Below, piece after piece: positions 18,780 to 28,021 of a stretch of DNA of 29,254 nucleotides (position 1 is its first letter; every line of letters begins with the position of its first letter). Origin of the DNA: Chthonomonadales bacterium. Lineage in GTDB: Bacteria; Armatimonadota; Chthonomonadetes; Chthonomonadales; CAJBBX01. The stretch spans positions 1-29,254 of the forward strand of contig JBBIPC010000029.1 in assembly GCA_037443035.1 (NCBI GenBank), read 5' to 3'. Under the pieces are notes generated by a model. It was not told the DNA's origin, searched no databases, and worked only from the letters and a program-made list of their open reading frames with translations. Made by a program: the position numbers and the translations under genes.

Positions 18780-20912
18780 GTGAAGAAGCTCTGGCTGACC
18801 TGCGCCTTGCTTGCCAGCCTGGTGTGGGTACAGGGAGGGATCGCCGTGCCCGCTCGAAGAACAACCGTGACGATCGTTGGCGATGCCTTCTACATGAACG
18901 GCAAGCCCACCTACCCAGGACGCACCTGGCGCGGCATGAAGATCGAAGGACTCCTCATGAACTCGCGCATGGTGCAGGGGATCTTCGACGACCTGAATTC
19001 CGAGACACGCTCCCTCTGGGCCTACCCGGACACGGGCCAGTGGGATCCCGAACGCAACACGCGCGAGTTCGTCGCCGCAATGGCGGACTGGCGTCGATAT
19101 GGTCTCCTTGCTTTCACCATCAATCTCCAGGGTGGCAGTCCCCAGGGTTACTCCCGAGCACAGCCTTGGCACAACTCGGCTATCGCGCCAGACGGCAGCC
19201 TACGAAGCGACTACATGCGACGGCTGGAGAGGATACTGAATAAGGCGGACTCCCTGGGCATGGCCGTCATCCTCGGCATCTTCTACTTCGGACAGGACCA
19301 GCGACTGAAGGATGAGGCTGCCGTGATCCGGGCGCTGGACAACGCGGTCGAATGGGTTCTCGACCGTGGCTATGGCAACGTACTTATCGAGGTGAACAAC
19401 GAATGCAACGTCAGCTATGATCATGCCATCCTTCGACCCGAGCGGGTTCATGAGCTCATCGAGCGGGTGAAGGCGCACCGCAAGGATGGTCGCAGGCTTC
19501 TCGTGGGGACGAGCTACGGCGGCGGCACCGTGCCGAAGGAGAATGTCGTACGAGCCTCCGACTTCCTCCTCATGCATGGGAACGGCGTGGGAGATCCCAG
19601 CCGCATCTCCCGCATGGTCCGTGAGGCTAGGTCGGTGCCAGGCTACCGGCCCATGCCGATTCTCTTCAACGAGGATGATCACTTCGATTTCGAGCGTCCA
19701 ATGAACAACATGGTGGCCGCCGTCTCGGAGCATGCATCGTGGGGCTACTTCGATCCGGGCAAGAGCAACTACGAAGATGGGTATCAGTGTCCGCCCGTCA
19801 AATGGACCATCAACTCCCCCCGGAAGCGAGCTTTCTTCGAGCTCCTGGCCGAGATGACGGGAGCGGTTCCGAAGCCGCAGGCCAGTGGGCGCCGCGTTGC
19901 CGCGCGGAAGCTAGAGCCCGCTACGCCCGGCACGACATGGACCGTGGTAAGTCCGGAACAGGTGGGTCTGCGGAAGGACAAGCTGGATTCCCTTGCGGCC
20001 TTGGTCCAGGGGCGTGGGTGCGTGGTACGCCATGGGTACCTGGCCTATTCATGGGGAGACATCGCACGATCGGAAGACGTCGCTTCCGCCGTCAAACCGG
20101 TCATCAGCATTCTCATGCTGCTGGCTGTCCACGAAGGCCGACTGCGAAGCCCTGACCAGGCGGTGGCCGACGTTCTGCCCGAACTCCGGTCACTGAACAA
20201 TGGCAAGGATGCGGGCATCACGTGGCGTCACTTGGCATCGCAGACATCTGGCTATGGACTCGCCGAACCTCCAGGACGTGCGTGGGCCTACAACGACTAT
20301 GCGCTAGCGCTCTACTACGATACGCTTATGGATAGGGTGTACCGGCAGGACGGCACGGATGTCCTTCGCAACGCGCTCGCGGTTCCGCTTCAGTTCGAGG
20401 ATTCCTTCACGTTCGACGCCTTCGGCCGGCCGGACCGTCGCGGACGGCTGCGGATCTCCGTGCGCGACTTCGCCCGCTTCGGTCTCCTGTGCCTACGCGA
20501 CGGACGCTGGGGATCCAAGCAGATCCTGCCGCGTGGTCTTGTCCGGCAGTCACTCAACAGCATCGTTCCCGCTGACTTGCCCCGCAGCTCCGGCAAGGAG
20601 GCAGAGATGTTGCCAGGACAGCGCACGCTCGGGGGAGGCAAGAACCAGACCCCCACCGGACCGGGCTACTACAGCTTCAGCTGGTGGGTGAATGCCGTGG
20701 GATCAGGAGGCAAACGTCTCTACGTGGACGGACCGCCGGATCTCTACCTCGCGGCCGGCCATGGTGGCATGCGCATGCTGATCATCATCCCCAGTCTGGA
20801 CCTGGTGGTCAGTTGGAATGACTCCCCGATAGATGACCACGACGCGAGCCCCGGCAATCCCAACACGCGCTGCAATCGGGCCGTTAAGCTACTTGTCGAG
20901 GCAGCGCAATAG
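18780..20912 (+). CDS. Secreted fusion: N-terminal glycoside-hydrolase-like TIM barrel + C-terminal beta-lactamase-fold serine hydrolase
   Basis: GGAGGAG RBS before the GTG; signal peptide. N-domain has LIEVNNEC and ILFNEDDH (GH-A-like Glu motifs). C-domain has ASAVK (SxxK), ITWRHLA, WAYND, ISVRDFARFG and AAGHGG. Confidence 0.8.
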   Translation: MKKLWLTCALLASLVWVQGGIAVPARRTTVTIVGDAFYMNGKPTYPGRTWRGMKIEGLLMNSRMVQGIFDDLNSETRSLWAYPDTGQWDPERNTREFVAAMADWRRYGLLAFTINLQGGSPQGYSRAQPWHNSAIAPDGSLRSDYMRRLERILNKADSLGMAVILGIFYFGQDQRLKDEAAVIRALDNAVEWVLDRGYGNVLIEVNNECNVSYDHAILRPERVHELIERVKAHRKDGRRLLVGTSYGGGTVPKENVVRASDFLLMHGNGVGDPSRISRMVREARSVPGYRPMPILFNEDDHFDFERPMNNMVAAVSEHASWGYFDPGKSNYEDGYQCPPVKWTINSPRKRAFFELLAEMTGAVPKPQASGRRVAARKLEPATPGTTWTVVSPEQVGLRKDKLDSLAALVQGRGCVVRHGYLAYSWGDIARSEDVASAVKPVISILMLLAVHEGRLRSPDQAVADVLPELRSLNNGKDAGITWRHLASQTSGYGLAEPPGRAWAYNDYALALYYDTLMDRVYRQDGTDVLRNALAVPLQFEDSFTFDAFGRPDRRGRLRISVRDFARFGLLCLRDGRWGSKQILPRGLVRQSLNSIVPADLPRSSGKEAEMLPGQRTLGGGKNQTPTGPGYYSFSWWVNAVGSGGKRLYVDGPPDLYLAAGHGGMRMLIIIPSLDLVVSWNDSPIDDHDASPGNPNTRCNRAVKLLVEAAQ

Positions 20913-20974
20913 GGCCGGGGCCTCGGACTGGGTCGCTCGTGTTACGGACAGCACAAGGCCGGTCAGCAGAGTTC

Positions 20975-22180
20975 ATGGGTCGAGCCTTGGTCGGTATCGT
21001 CTTACTGATGGCCCTCTCCTGTGGCCGGATTGCGTGGGCGACGACTGTCACCGCTGGAATGAGTGACTCTGGTACGCCTGTCGGTGAACCCGGCCTGCGC
21101 AGGGTCATGCTTCCCTCGAACAGTCCGAGCGGTAATCCCATCAACGATCGCATACCCGTCATCTTCGTCCCGGCTACGACAAACACGACAGGCTCCCCGG
21201 CACCAGCGGTGGTGCTTCTCCACGCTCTGGGCGAACCGAACGATGCCATGATGCGCCGCATGGCTCGTTTCTTCGCAGCGCGAGGCATGCACAGTGCCAT
21301 CATGCAGCTTCCCTACCATATGCTCCGCCTGCCGCCCCACGTGAATCCGCTCACCCAGTTCGTCGGCCGTGATGCCGAACGCGCTGTGCAGGCGTTCCAG
21401 CAAAGCGCATCGGATGTCGGTGTTGTCGTCACTTGGCTTCGTGAGCAGCCCGGTGTTGACCCCGAGCGGATCGGCGTGGTGGGTGTGAGCCTGGGTGCAA
21501 TCGTGGGGCATCTCGCCATGGGATTGGACGAGCGGCTCAGTGCGGGCGTTTGCATCCTGGGCGGCGGCCGCCTTGCCAGCATCTACCGGCGCAGCCTCTT
21601 GCCGCGAGTCCTATACCCCTTCTTGCCACCGCGTCTATCCAAGTCGCAGGAGGAAACCGTCGCACGTGTGGACCCCATCACCTATGCCGATCGGAATCGC
21701 CCCAGACGAGTCCTCATGATCCAGGCAGCGCGAGACGTCCTCGTACCGCCTTCGGACGCTGAAGCACTCCGGAGAGCTCTCGGGAATCCCCCTGCCATTT
21801 GGGTCGACTCCAACCACTACGCTCCCATCTTCGCTGAGACCGCCATCCTCCGAGCATCCGCCGACTATCTATGGTCCGTGTGGCGGCCGAGTCCATCGGC
21901 TGAGCCCATGCGGCTACCAACCATAATCCCGCCGCTCATCAAGGCAGGGTTCGTGTTCGGTTTGGACAGCCTCACGACCCCCGCAGTATCCGTGCAGGTG
22001 CTGCGTGCTGGTATGCGGAAAGATCATATGGGCCTGCTCCATGCAGACGCCGGATGGTCGGGCCGAGGCCCGTTCGTCGCGGTCGGGTTGACGGTGAACG
22101 CCCATGTAGATGCCGGGTATGCCTGGCGGTTGGGCGCAAGACGCGTGCGACCGTTTGTAGCCCTTCACCTGGCTCTCTAA
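20975..22180 (+). CDS. Secreted alpha/beta hydrolase with C-terminal beta-strand extension
   Basis: Signal peptide; VVLLHAL, RIGVVGVSLG (GxSxG), ARDVLVP and SNHY triad motifs. Start uncertain (20939 or 20975). Confidence 0.85.
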   Translation: MGRALVGIVLLMALSCGRIAWATTVTAGMSDSGTPVGEPGLRRVMLPSNSPSGNPINDRIPVIFVPATTNTTGSPAPAVVLLHALGEPNDAMMRRMARFFAARGMHSAIMQLPYHMLRLPPHVNPLTQFVGRDAERAVQAFQQSASDVGVVVTWLREQPGVDPERIGVVGVSLGAIVGHLAMGLDERLSAGVCILGGGRLASIYRRSLLPRVLYPFLPPRLSKSQEETVARVDPITYADRNRPRRVLMIQAARDVLVPPSDAEALRRALGNPPAIWVDSNHYAPIFAETAILRASADYLWSVWRPSPSAEPMRLPTIIPPLIKAGFVFGLDSLTTPAVSVQVLRAGMRKDHMGLLHADAGWSGRGPFVAVGLTVNAHVDAGYAWRLGARRVRPFVALHLAL

Positions 22181-22217
22181 GAAGCCGCGCAGACGGAAGA
22201 GCGGAGGGGATGGCATA

Positions 22218-23615
22218 GTGATAACCTGGCCAGTATTCGTGATCGCTGTCGTCGCGGCCTTGCCTGTCCTGCCGTCCGCTGGAACAGGCGGACGTCCTGC
22301 GGAGCCGGTGGTGGAGGTCGAGGAACCGATCTATACGTTCAAGGATGCCGGCAACGGCGCCGGCCCCATGTGGTGCTATGGCAGTACGTGCGTGGTGCGC
22401 TACGGCCAGGACGTGTTCGTCAGCGGCCTAGAGACACTGCCTGATAGGAAGCCGCTGAACAACACACGCTGGGTGCTCTACAGGCGAACTGCGGCAGGGT
22501 GGCAGGTTGTGCTCAAGGATGAGACCGGACGCACCCGCGAACCCTGTCCGCTGGCAATCACAAGGGACGGGCACTTGTACCTCTCGGCGAACCCCACCCT
22601 CACACCCCCGGACACGTACAACGGCCCATCTCGGCCGGAAATAGTACGGTTCGAGGCGCGCAGGTCTGAGGAACCTCCCGTCACACTCCTCCCGAAGTGG
22701 CAGGGCTCGCCGCCGTTCACCGAGCACTCCTACCGCGGCCTCGCTGCCGATGGATCTCTGCGCGAACTCCTCTTGATGAACATTCTCGGCCACGAGGCCC
22801 AGTACTGGTCCTTCATGGACAGCCGCGGCCAGTGGATAGCCTCCGGAAAGTGGGTCTTTCCCATGGGTCGGGAGTACGAGAGACCCGAGCCGATACGACT
22901 GTGCTACCCCGTGCTCGCCCTGAAGAACAGGTCGGCCCACGTCCTGGCCATCAGCGACATCGTCGAACCGGTGCGCGAGTGGAGGGAGTTCAAGCGGGCG
23001 CTCACGGGGAGGGAATGGGACTATGACTTCCGTCGCCTGTTCTACGCATGGACGCCCGACATCACGCAGCAGGGCTTCGGCGAAGCGGTGGAGATTGCTA
23101 GCCGTGAGACGACGTGCGGGCACATCACCAATCTCGATATCTGGCTAGAGAACCCCCATCGGGCTCACCTGCTATGGCTCGAACGAAGCGTGTGGTACGC
23201 AGAGATGCGAGATCGTTTCTTCCCGGACACGCCGCTCACCGTCTCGTTGGAGTACGCCGTGGTGGAACGTGGCAGAGTCGTCCGACGGGCAACGCTGGCG
23301 CGAGGCGGAGAGGGGGCCGATCCTATCCAGCCGGGCTACGGGAGGTTCCATGCCACGCCTGACGGGAGACTCCATGTGGTGGCCTACTTCGCCGGCACGA
23401 CCTCCGACAGCAAGGCCATCTCGGAGAACCGACTGTTGGAGCTGGCGAAGGATGGCAAGGTCGTCCGAACCTGGCGTCTGGCGCTGAAGCACCCCTTCGC
23501 GAGTTTCATGACCGCCACGGAACGGGCCGGAACGGCTCGGTCGCCATACCTCGATCTCATAGGACCGGCCATCGGCGTGGAGGGGATTTCCTACGCAAGG
23601 ATTCGCTTACGCTAG
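22218..23615 (+). CDS. Secreted hypothetical protein, probably beta-propeller
   Basis: Signal peptide; GGAGGGG RBS; beta-rich repeats (DGHLYL, DGRLHVV); no family recognised. Confidence 0.7.
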   Translation: MITWPVFVIAVVAALPVLPSAGTGGRPAEPVVEVEEPIYTFKDAGNGAGPMWCYGSTCVVRYGQDVFVSGLETLPDRKPLNNTRWVLYRRTAAGWQVVLKDETGRTREPCPLAITRDGHLYLSANPTLTPPDTYNGPSRPEIVRFEARRSEEPPVTLLPKWQGSPPFTEHSYRGLAADGSLRELLLMNILGHEAQYWSFMDSRGQWIASGKWVFPMGREYERPEPIRLCYPVLALKNRSAHVLAISDIVEPVREWREFKRALTGREWDYDFRRLFYAWTPDITQQGFGEAVEIASRETTCGHITNLDIWLENPHRAHLLWLERSVWYAEMRDRFFPDTPLTVSLEYAVVERGRVVRRATLARGGEGADPIQPGYGRFHATPDGRLHVVAYFAGTTSDSKAISENRLLELAKDGKVVRTWRLALKHPFASFMTATERAGTARSPYLDLIGPAIGVEGISYARIRLR

Positions 23616-24155
23616 ATGTCGAAGGAATGGAAGACGTCCGGCGTGACCGATGCGAGCGGTCACCGCCATGGAGGTGGTCAGGTGCTGCGCCATATGGTCG
23701 GTCTAGTCGGGTGGTTTGCACTGGTGGCAGCTATTGCCGCGACGGCCGCCCAGTTCTCCCCGGGGCATTGGTACGCATCGCTGCAGAAGCCAGCGGGCAC
23801 TCCGCCCGGTTGGGTGTTCGGACCTGTGTGGTCCGTTCTGTACATCATGATGGCGGTGGCGGTATGGTTGGTGTGGAAGCGTCCAGGGCAGCCGCCATTG
23901 TTGCCGATCGGTATCTTTATACTCCAGCTCATGGCGAATGCAGCGTGGTCATGGCTGTTCTTCGGCCTGCAAAGGCCTGGGCTGGCGTTCATGGACATCG
24001 CCGTGCTGTGGATCCTGATCGTCGCATGCTTGCTGGCGTTCCGACCCCATAGCAAGGTCGCCGCCTGGCTCATGGCGCCCTACCTCGTGTGGGTTACCTA
24101 CGCCGCCTACCTCAATGGCGCACTCTGGATCCTGAATCGGACGAACCGGGGTTGA
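23616..24155 (+). CDS. tspO: TspO/MBR tryptophan-rich sensory protein
   Basis: WYASLQKP..TPPGWVFGPVWSVLY, QLMANAAWSWLFFG and AAWLMAPYLVWVTYAAYLN. The true start may be downstream (~23693). Confidence 0.93.
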   Translation: MSKEWKTSGVTDASGHRHGGGQVLRHMVGLVGWFALVAAIAATAAQFSPGHWYASLQKPAGTPPGWVFGPVWSVLYIMMAVAVWLVWKRPGQPPLLPIGIFILQLMANAAWSWLFFGLQRPGLAFMDIAVLWILIVACLLAFRPHSKVAAWLMAPYLVWVTYAAYLNGALWILNRTNRG

Positions 24156-24161
24156 CGAATC

Positions 24162-25346
24162 ATGTCGTGTGCGTTTCTCTTAGCATTGGCTGGGATCTCT
24201 TCGATCGCCCACGGAGCTACCATGCCACAAGAACCTGATCTGCGCAATGTGCCGGGAGTAGTGATCGCCCACAGCCCGGCCGTGTCGCAGCAATACATCG
24301 GCTCTCCTTCCATCGCCATCCTCCCATCCGGGGAGTACCTAGCTTCCCACGACTTCTTCGGCCCCGGCAGTACACGGGACCGAACCATCATCTACGCCTC
24401 CAGCGATCGGGGCAAGACATGGCAGCGCCGATCCGAGATTATCGGCCAGTGGTGGTCTACGCTCTTCATCCACCGGAATGTCCTGTACATCATGGGAACG
24501 AGTCGGGAGGATGGCTTCACCGTCATCCGTCGCTCCACGGACGGCGGTTTCCTCTGGACCCAACCGCGGGACGCCGAGACGGGCCTTCTGCTCGCCGATG
24601 GGCCGTATCATTGCGCACCGGTGCCGGTGGTCGTGCATCGCGGACGCATCTGGCGGGCCATGGAGGATCAGTTCGGACCCAAGGGGTGGGGCAAGTGCTT
24701 CCGTTCCTTTGTACTGTCAGCACCCGAAGACGCCGATCTGCTCCGTGCAGAGAACTGGACGCTCACCAACCGCATCGGGCGCGATCCTTCGTGGCTGGGC
24801 GGACGCTTCGGCGGCTGGCTCGAAGGCAACGTGGTCATCGCTCCTGACGGCGACCTCGTCAACATCCTCCGTGTGGACTCGCGGGACGATGACGAGTGGG
24901 CCGCCATGATACGGATCAGCAATGACGGAACCCACGCAGCGTTCGATCCCGCCACGGGCTTCTTCCATTTCCCAGGCGGCGCCAAGAAGTTCACCATTCG
25001 CTGGGATCCTCTCTCGCGGGCCTACTGGTCCCTGGCAACGTGGGTCCAGCCGCAGTACCGCTCCGGCAAGCCCGCCTCGACGCGCAACACACTGGCCCTG
25101 GTACGGTCTAGGAACCTTACAGACTGGGAAGTACGAGCGGTGCTCATGACCCACCCAGATACGGAGAAGCACGGATTCCAATACGCCGACTGGCTTTTCG
25201 AGGGGAACGACATCGTCGCCGTTGTGCGCACGGCGTTCGATGATGGCCTCGGCGGTGCCCACAACTTCCACGACGCCAACTTCCTCACCTTTCACCGCAT
25301 CGCTAACTTTCGCACACTCCGCACCGATGTGCCGGGCCAGCGCTAG
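24162..25346 (+). CDS. BNR/Asp-box sialidase-like secreted protein
   Basis: Signal peptide; YIGSPSI; Asp-boxes SSDRGKTW, STDGGFLW and SRNLTDW; WLEGN; HGFQYADW. Confidence 0.85.
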   Translation: MSCAFLLALAGISSIAHGATMPQEPDLRNVPGVVIAHSPAVSQQYIGSPSIAILPSGEYLASHDFFGPGSTRDRTIIYASSDRGKTWQRRSEIIGQWWSTLFIHRNVLYIMGTSREDGFTVIRRSTDGGFLWTQPRDAETGLLLADGPYHCAPVPVVVHRGRIWRAMEDQFGPKGWGKCFRSFVLSAPEDADLLRAENWTLTNRIGRDPSWLGGRFGGWLEGNVVIAPDGDLVNILRVDSRDDDEWAAMIRISNDGTHAAFDPATGFFHFPGGAKKFTIRWDPLSRAYWSLATWVQPQYRSGKPASTRNTLALVRSRNLTDWEVRAVLMTHPDTEKHGFQYADWLFEGNDIVAVVRTAFDDGLGGAHNFHDANFLTFHRIANFRTLRTDVPGQR

Positions 25347-25398
25347 ACCGCCCCGACCCCGTGCACCGTATGGTCCGGTCCGCCGCTGACGGACCCTC

Positions 25399-26670
25399 TC
25401 AGTCCACGGAGCAGGCGAAGATCTGCTCTACATCGTGCAAAGTCCGGTTGTAGAGGATAAGGCTGCTATCCGGAGAGACGACGATGTTATGCGCCGGGGC
25501 AGCATGGGATGGCGTTCGCTGGACCGCTCGTCCCCATGTTCCGTCCTCAACGCTGAAGGTGTAGACGGCACCGTCCGAGCTGCATGCCGCCACGTAGCGG
25601 CCATCAGGGCTGAATCGAGGATCGCCAGTGACGCCGCCCGGCAACTCCGACAGTTGACGCATCTCACCCGTCTGTGGCGAGACTACGAAGACCTGGAGTG
25701 TCACCTGGCCACGGAGCATCGCCTTGCCCATGCATGCGATCCAGCGCCCGGCTCCATCCGCTCGGAGGTGACCCGAAATGCCCCGTAGACGGCGGTCGCC
25801 ATGCTCCGCGGTTCGCGTCAGGCGACGCACCACAGCGCCCTTAGGCGGCGCCGGAAAGGTGGTTTCCGTCCCTTCCAGGGGTCCCCAGGGTCCAGGGACG
25901 GTGATGTCATCGGGCACGTCCACCAGAAACACGTCGGAGTAGGGTACAGGCTTGCCGTCCTCTTCCACAAGCACCGTCCCTCGAAAGGCCCTCGCACGCT
26001 GATGCTTGCTCCCTCGAGCATAGCCGTGGCGACCGACCCAGCAATCTCCCTCTGCACGCTGGTATTCGTCCGAGCCCGGCCTGGGGTTCGGGACGCATCG
26101 CGTCAAGAGGACCGTGAAGCTCTCCCCTTGGAAGTTGCGCCCCTGAGGATCCTCCGGGACCGGCACGGACCGCCCACGCATGGAGACTCCCACTTGCCTC
26201 AGGTCCTGACCGAGCGCCTTCATGAGATGGTCGTTGTACGTGAACCCGATCCACACGCCAGAAGCGTCCGGTTCGTGCTTGTGGGTACCGCCGCGAAGGG
26301 CTCCAGGCGTGAACGGCGGCAGCACGTTGCGGCTATCCAGCCACCGGTGCGCACCAGAACCATCCGTGGCGATGATCATGCCACCACGAACGGTCTGTTC
26401 GTACGTCAGTCCGGATGTAAGAGCATGGATGGCGACGACGGAGGTCTCGCCCAGCCAGCTCGCCGCCCCCACACCGAGGGAGGGCGGCTTCTGGGTGTAG
26501 AAGATCGTCACCCTCCCCGTGCGCACGTCTACGTACCCAAGCCGCGTGTTGGTGTTGATCCCTCCCGCGTCACGGCAGTCGAAAACCGCCAGTCTACCGT
26601 CCGGCGAAAAGTTGATGTTGTTGTCGAGGTTCTTCTGGAGGGGGTCGCTCGTTAGCTGGTGCTCGGACAT
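25399..26670 (-). CDS. YidR-like / DUF3748 beta-propeller protein
   Basis: N-terminal QLT...NFSPDGR.AVFD.R and PFTPGALRGGTH resemble E. coli YidR; TolB-like FSPDG/SPD repeats; GAGGA RBS 7 nt before ATG 26670. Confidence 0.75.
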   Translation of the reverse strand: MSEHQLTSDPLQKNLDNNINFSPDGRLAVFDCRDAGGINTNTRLGYVDVRTGRVTIFYTQKPPSLGVGAASWLGETSVVAIHALTSGLTYEQTVRGGMIIATDGSGAHRWLDSRNVLPPFTPGALRGGTHKHEPDASGVWIGFTYNDHLMKALGQDLRQVGVSMRGRSVPVPEDPQGRNFQGESFTVLLTRCVPNPRPGSDEYQRAEGDCWVGRHGYARGSKHQRARAFRGTVLVEEDGKPVPYSDVFLVDVPDDITVPGPWGPLEGTETTFPAPPKGAVVRRLTRTAEHGDRRLRGISGHLRADGAGRWIACMGKAMLRGQVTLQVFVVSPQTGEMRQLSELPGGVTGDPRFSPDGRYVAACSSDGAVYTFSVEDGTWGRAVQRTPSHAAPAHNIVVSPDSSLILYNRTLHDVEQIFACSVD

Positions 26671-26684
26671 CAGCATATCCTCGA

Positions 26685-27680
26685 CTACGGATTCCATGCG
26701 AACACGACGGTCAGCAATCCCGAAGCAGGATCCATGAGCTGCCTGTACGTGGCAGGCGCGTCCTCGGGCGGTCGCACGTCTGAGATGAGATCCTCGACCG
26801 CTAGCTCTCCGGAGGAGATCTTCTCCAGTGCCTCCCGCCGTTGGCTGGGCCGGCAGTCTCGCGGTATCAGGAACATCAGCTCTTTGCGAAACGCAGCCTG
26901 ATAAGGCACGGCGAACATGTCGGGATAGCTCCCCTGGACCACATAGCGCGCCCCCCGTAGCAGTGGATCACCCCACGGAACATCCCTGGCCAAGGCAATA
27001 GCCATGGGCAAGACGGGAGCGCTGCCCGTCGCATCCACGACGATATCAGCGCCATGAGGCAAGACCGATTGCACGCTCTCCTCCAGGCTTCCCTCGACGC
27101 ACACTGCCTCGACGCCCGCTCGCCTGGCCTGCTCTACCCGCGCTTCCGCCTTGTCGGCGGCAACCACACGGCACCCGGCCTGGACGTAGAGGCGCGCACA
27201 CAACTGCCCGAGGATCCCCAGACCCACCACGGCCACCGTCTCGCCCTGGGATGGTGCTGCCACCCGTACGCCGTTCAGGGCAATGGCAGCCAGATGGGCC
27301 AGGCTCGCAGTCGCGAGATCGGCCGTCTCGGGCAGCTCGATGCAGTCGGATGCTCGAGCTACCGCATGGGAGGCATGTCCACCCCACATGACGCCGAGAG
27401 CACCGCCGTCCTGCGTGCCGTTGAGGTAGACGTTGTCCCCAGGTTCGAGCCCGCTAGCCCATCCGGCTTCCACGACCGTACCGGTCATGGCGTAACCCGG
27501 GATGTACGGAAACGGAACCGCATCCGGCTGCTTGCCCGCCAGGCACCGTAGCTCCGTGCCAGGGCTGATACAGGTATAGTGTGCCTCCACCACGACCTCG
27601 TCAGGCTGTGGGCGACGCAGTTCGAAATCCCTGACCTCCACTGCATTCGGTGCGACATGGACAATGGCACGCGCCTTCAC
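26685..27680 (-). CDS. MDR-family (zinc-binding ADH-like) dehydrogenase
   Basis: CISPGTEL, PGYAMTG, VVGLGILG and DIVVDATG; AGGAGG RBS before GTG 27680. Lacks GHE and the 4-Cys structural Zn site. Confidence 0.88.
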   Translation of the reverse strand: MKARAIVHVAPNAVEVRDFELRRPQPDEVVVEAHYTCISPGTELRCLAGKQPDAVPFPYIPGYAMTGTVVEAGWASGLEPGDNVYLNGTQDGGALGVMWGGHASHAVARASDCIELPETADLATASLAHLAAIALNGVRVAAPSQGETVAVVGLGILGQLCARLYVQAGCRVVAADKAEARVEQARRAGVEAVCVEGSLEESVQSVLPHGADIVVDATGSAPVLPMAIALARDVPWGDPLLRGARYVVQGSYPDMFAVPYQAAFRKELMFLIPRDCRPSQRREALEKISSGELAVEDLISDVRPPEDAPATYRQLMDPASGLLTVVFAWNP

Positions 27681-27801
27681 ATCGGTCCTCCTGTCACGCA
27701 CTACCGGCAGACCAGAGTCGGCCGTTGCCGGGCATCCAGTGTCTACCACGCCAGCCCGGATGACTCCTGCCAATCAGGGGACGCCGCTTGGCGATTCGAC
27801 C

Positions 27802-27830
27802 TTGACAGCCAGCGTTCCACTGCCTATACT
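27802..27830 (+). promoter_or_regulatory. Sigma70-type promoter
   Basis: TTGACA (27802-27807), 17-bp spacer, TATACT (27825-27830), in an intergenic region facing the pilin-like gene. Confidence 0.75.
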
Positions 27831-27836
27831 AATTCT

Positions 27837-27995
27837 TGGAACAGTCGCGACTAGGGAGAACCTCTGGGTGCGGCTGTCCTGGTCCATTCAAGGAGGTGTC
27901 AACAGCCGAGGTTCTTGCTAGCGCTCTGCTTTCAGTCGGTCCACAGCGGCAATCGCCGCACTCGCGTCGCCCAGACGCAAGCGCGTCGGAGTGTC
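27837..27995 (+). ncRNA. Candidate structured leader RNA (no family recognised)
   Basis: Starts at the predicted TSS. Long interrupted hairpin 27837-27934, plus hairpins at 27946-27959 and 27964-27978. Confidence 0.4.
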
Positions 27996-28021
27996 AGTAT
28001 CGTTCTGGAAAGGAGAGGGTT

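Noticed and set aside
19930..20912. Beta-lactam resistance gene
   Set aside because: SxxK fold only; the motifs deviate from class C beta-lactamases and the domain is fused to a glycosidase-like domain.
25377..25395. Hairpin GGTCCG-N7-CGGACC between convergent genes as a terminator
   Set aside because: Short stem with no U-tract on either strand.
27836..28021. N-terminal extension of the pilin-like ORF
   Set aside because: The strong RBS and typical short basic leader at ATG 28022 indicate the real start; the upstream part is better explained as UTR.
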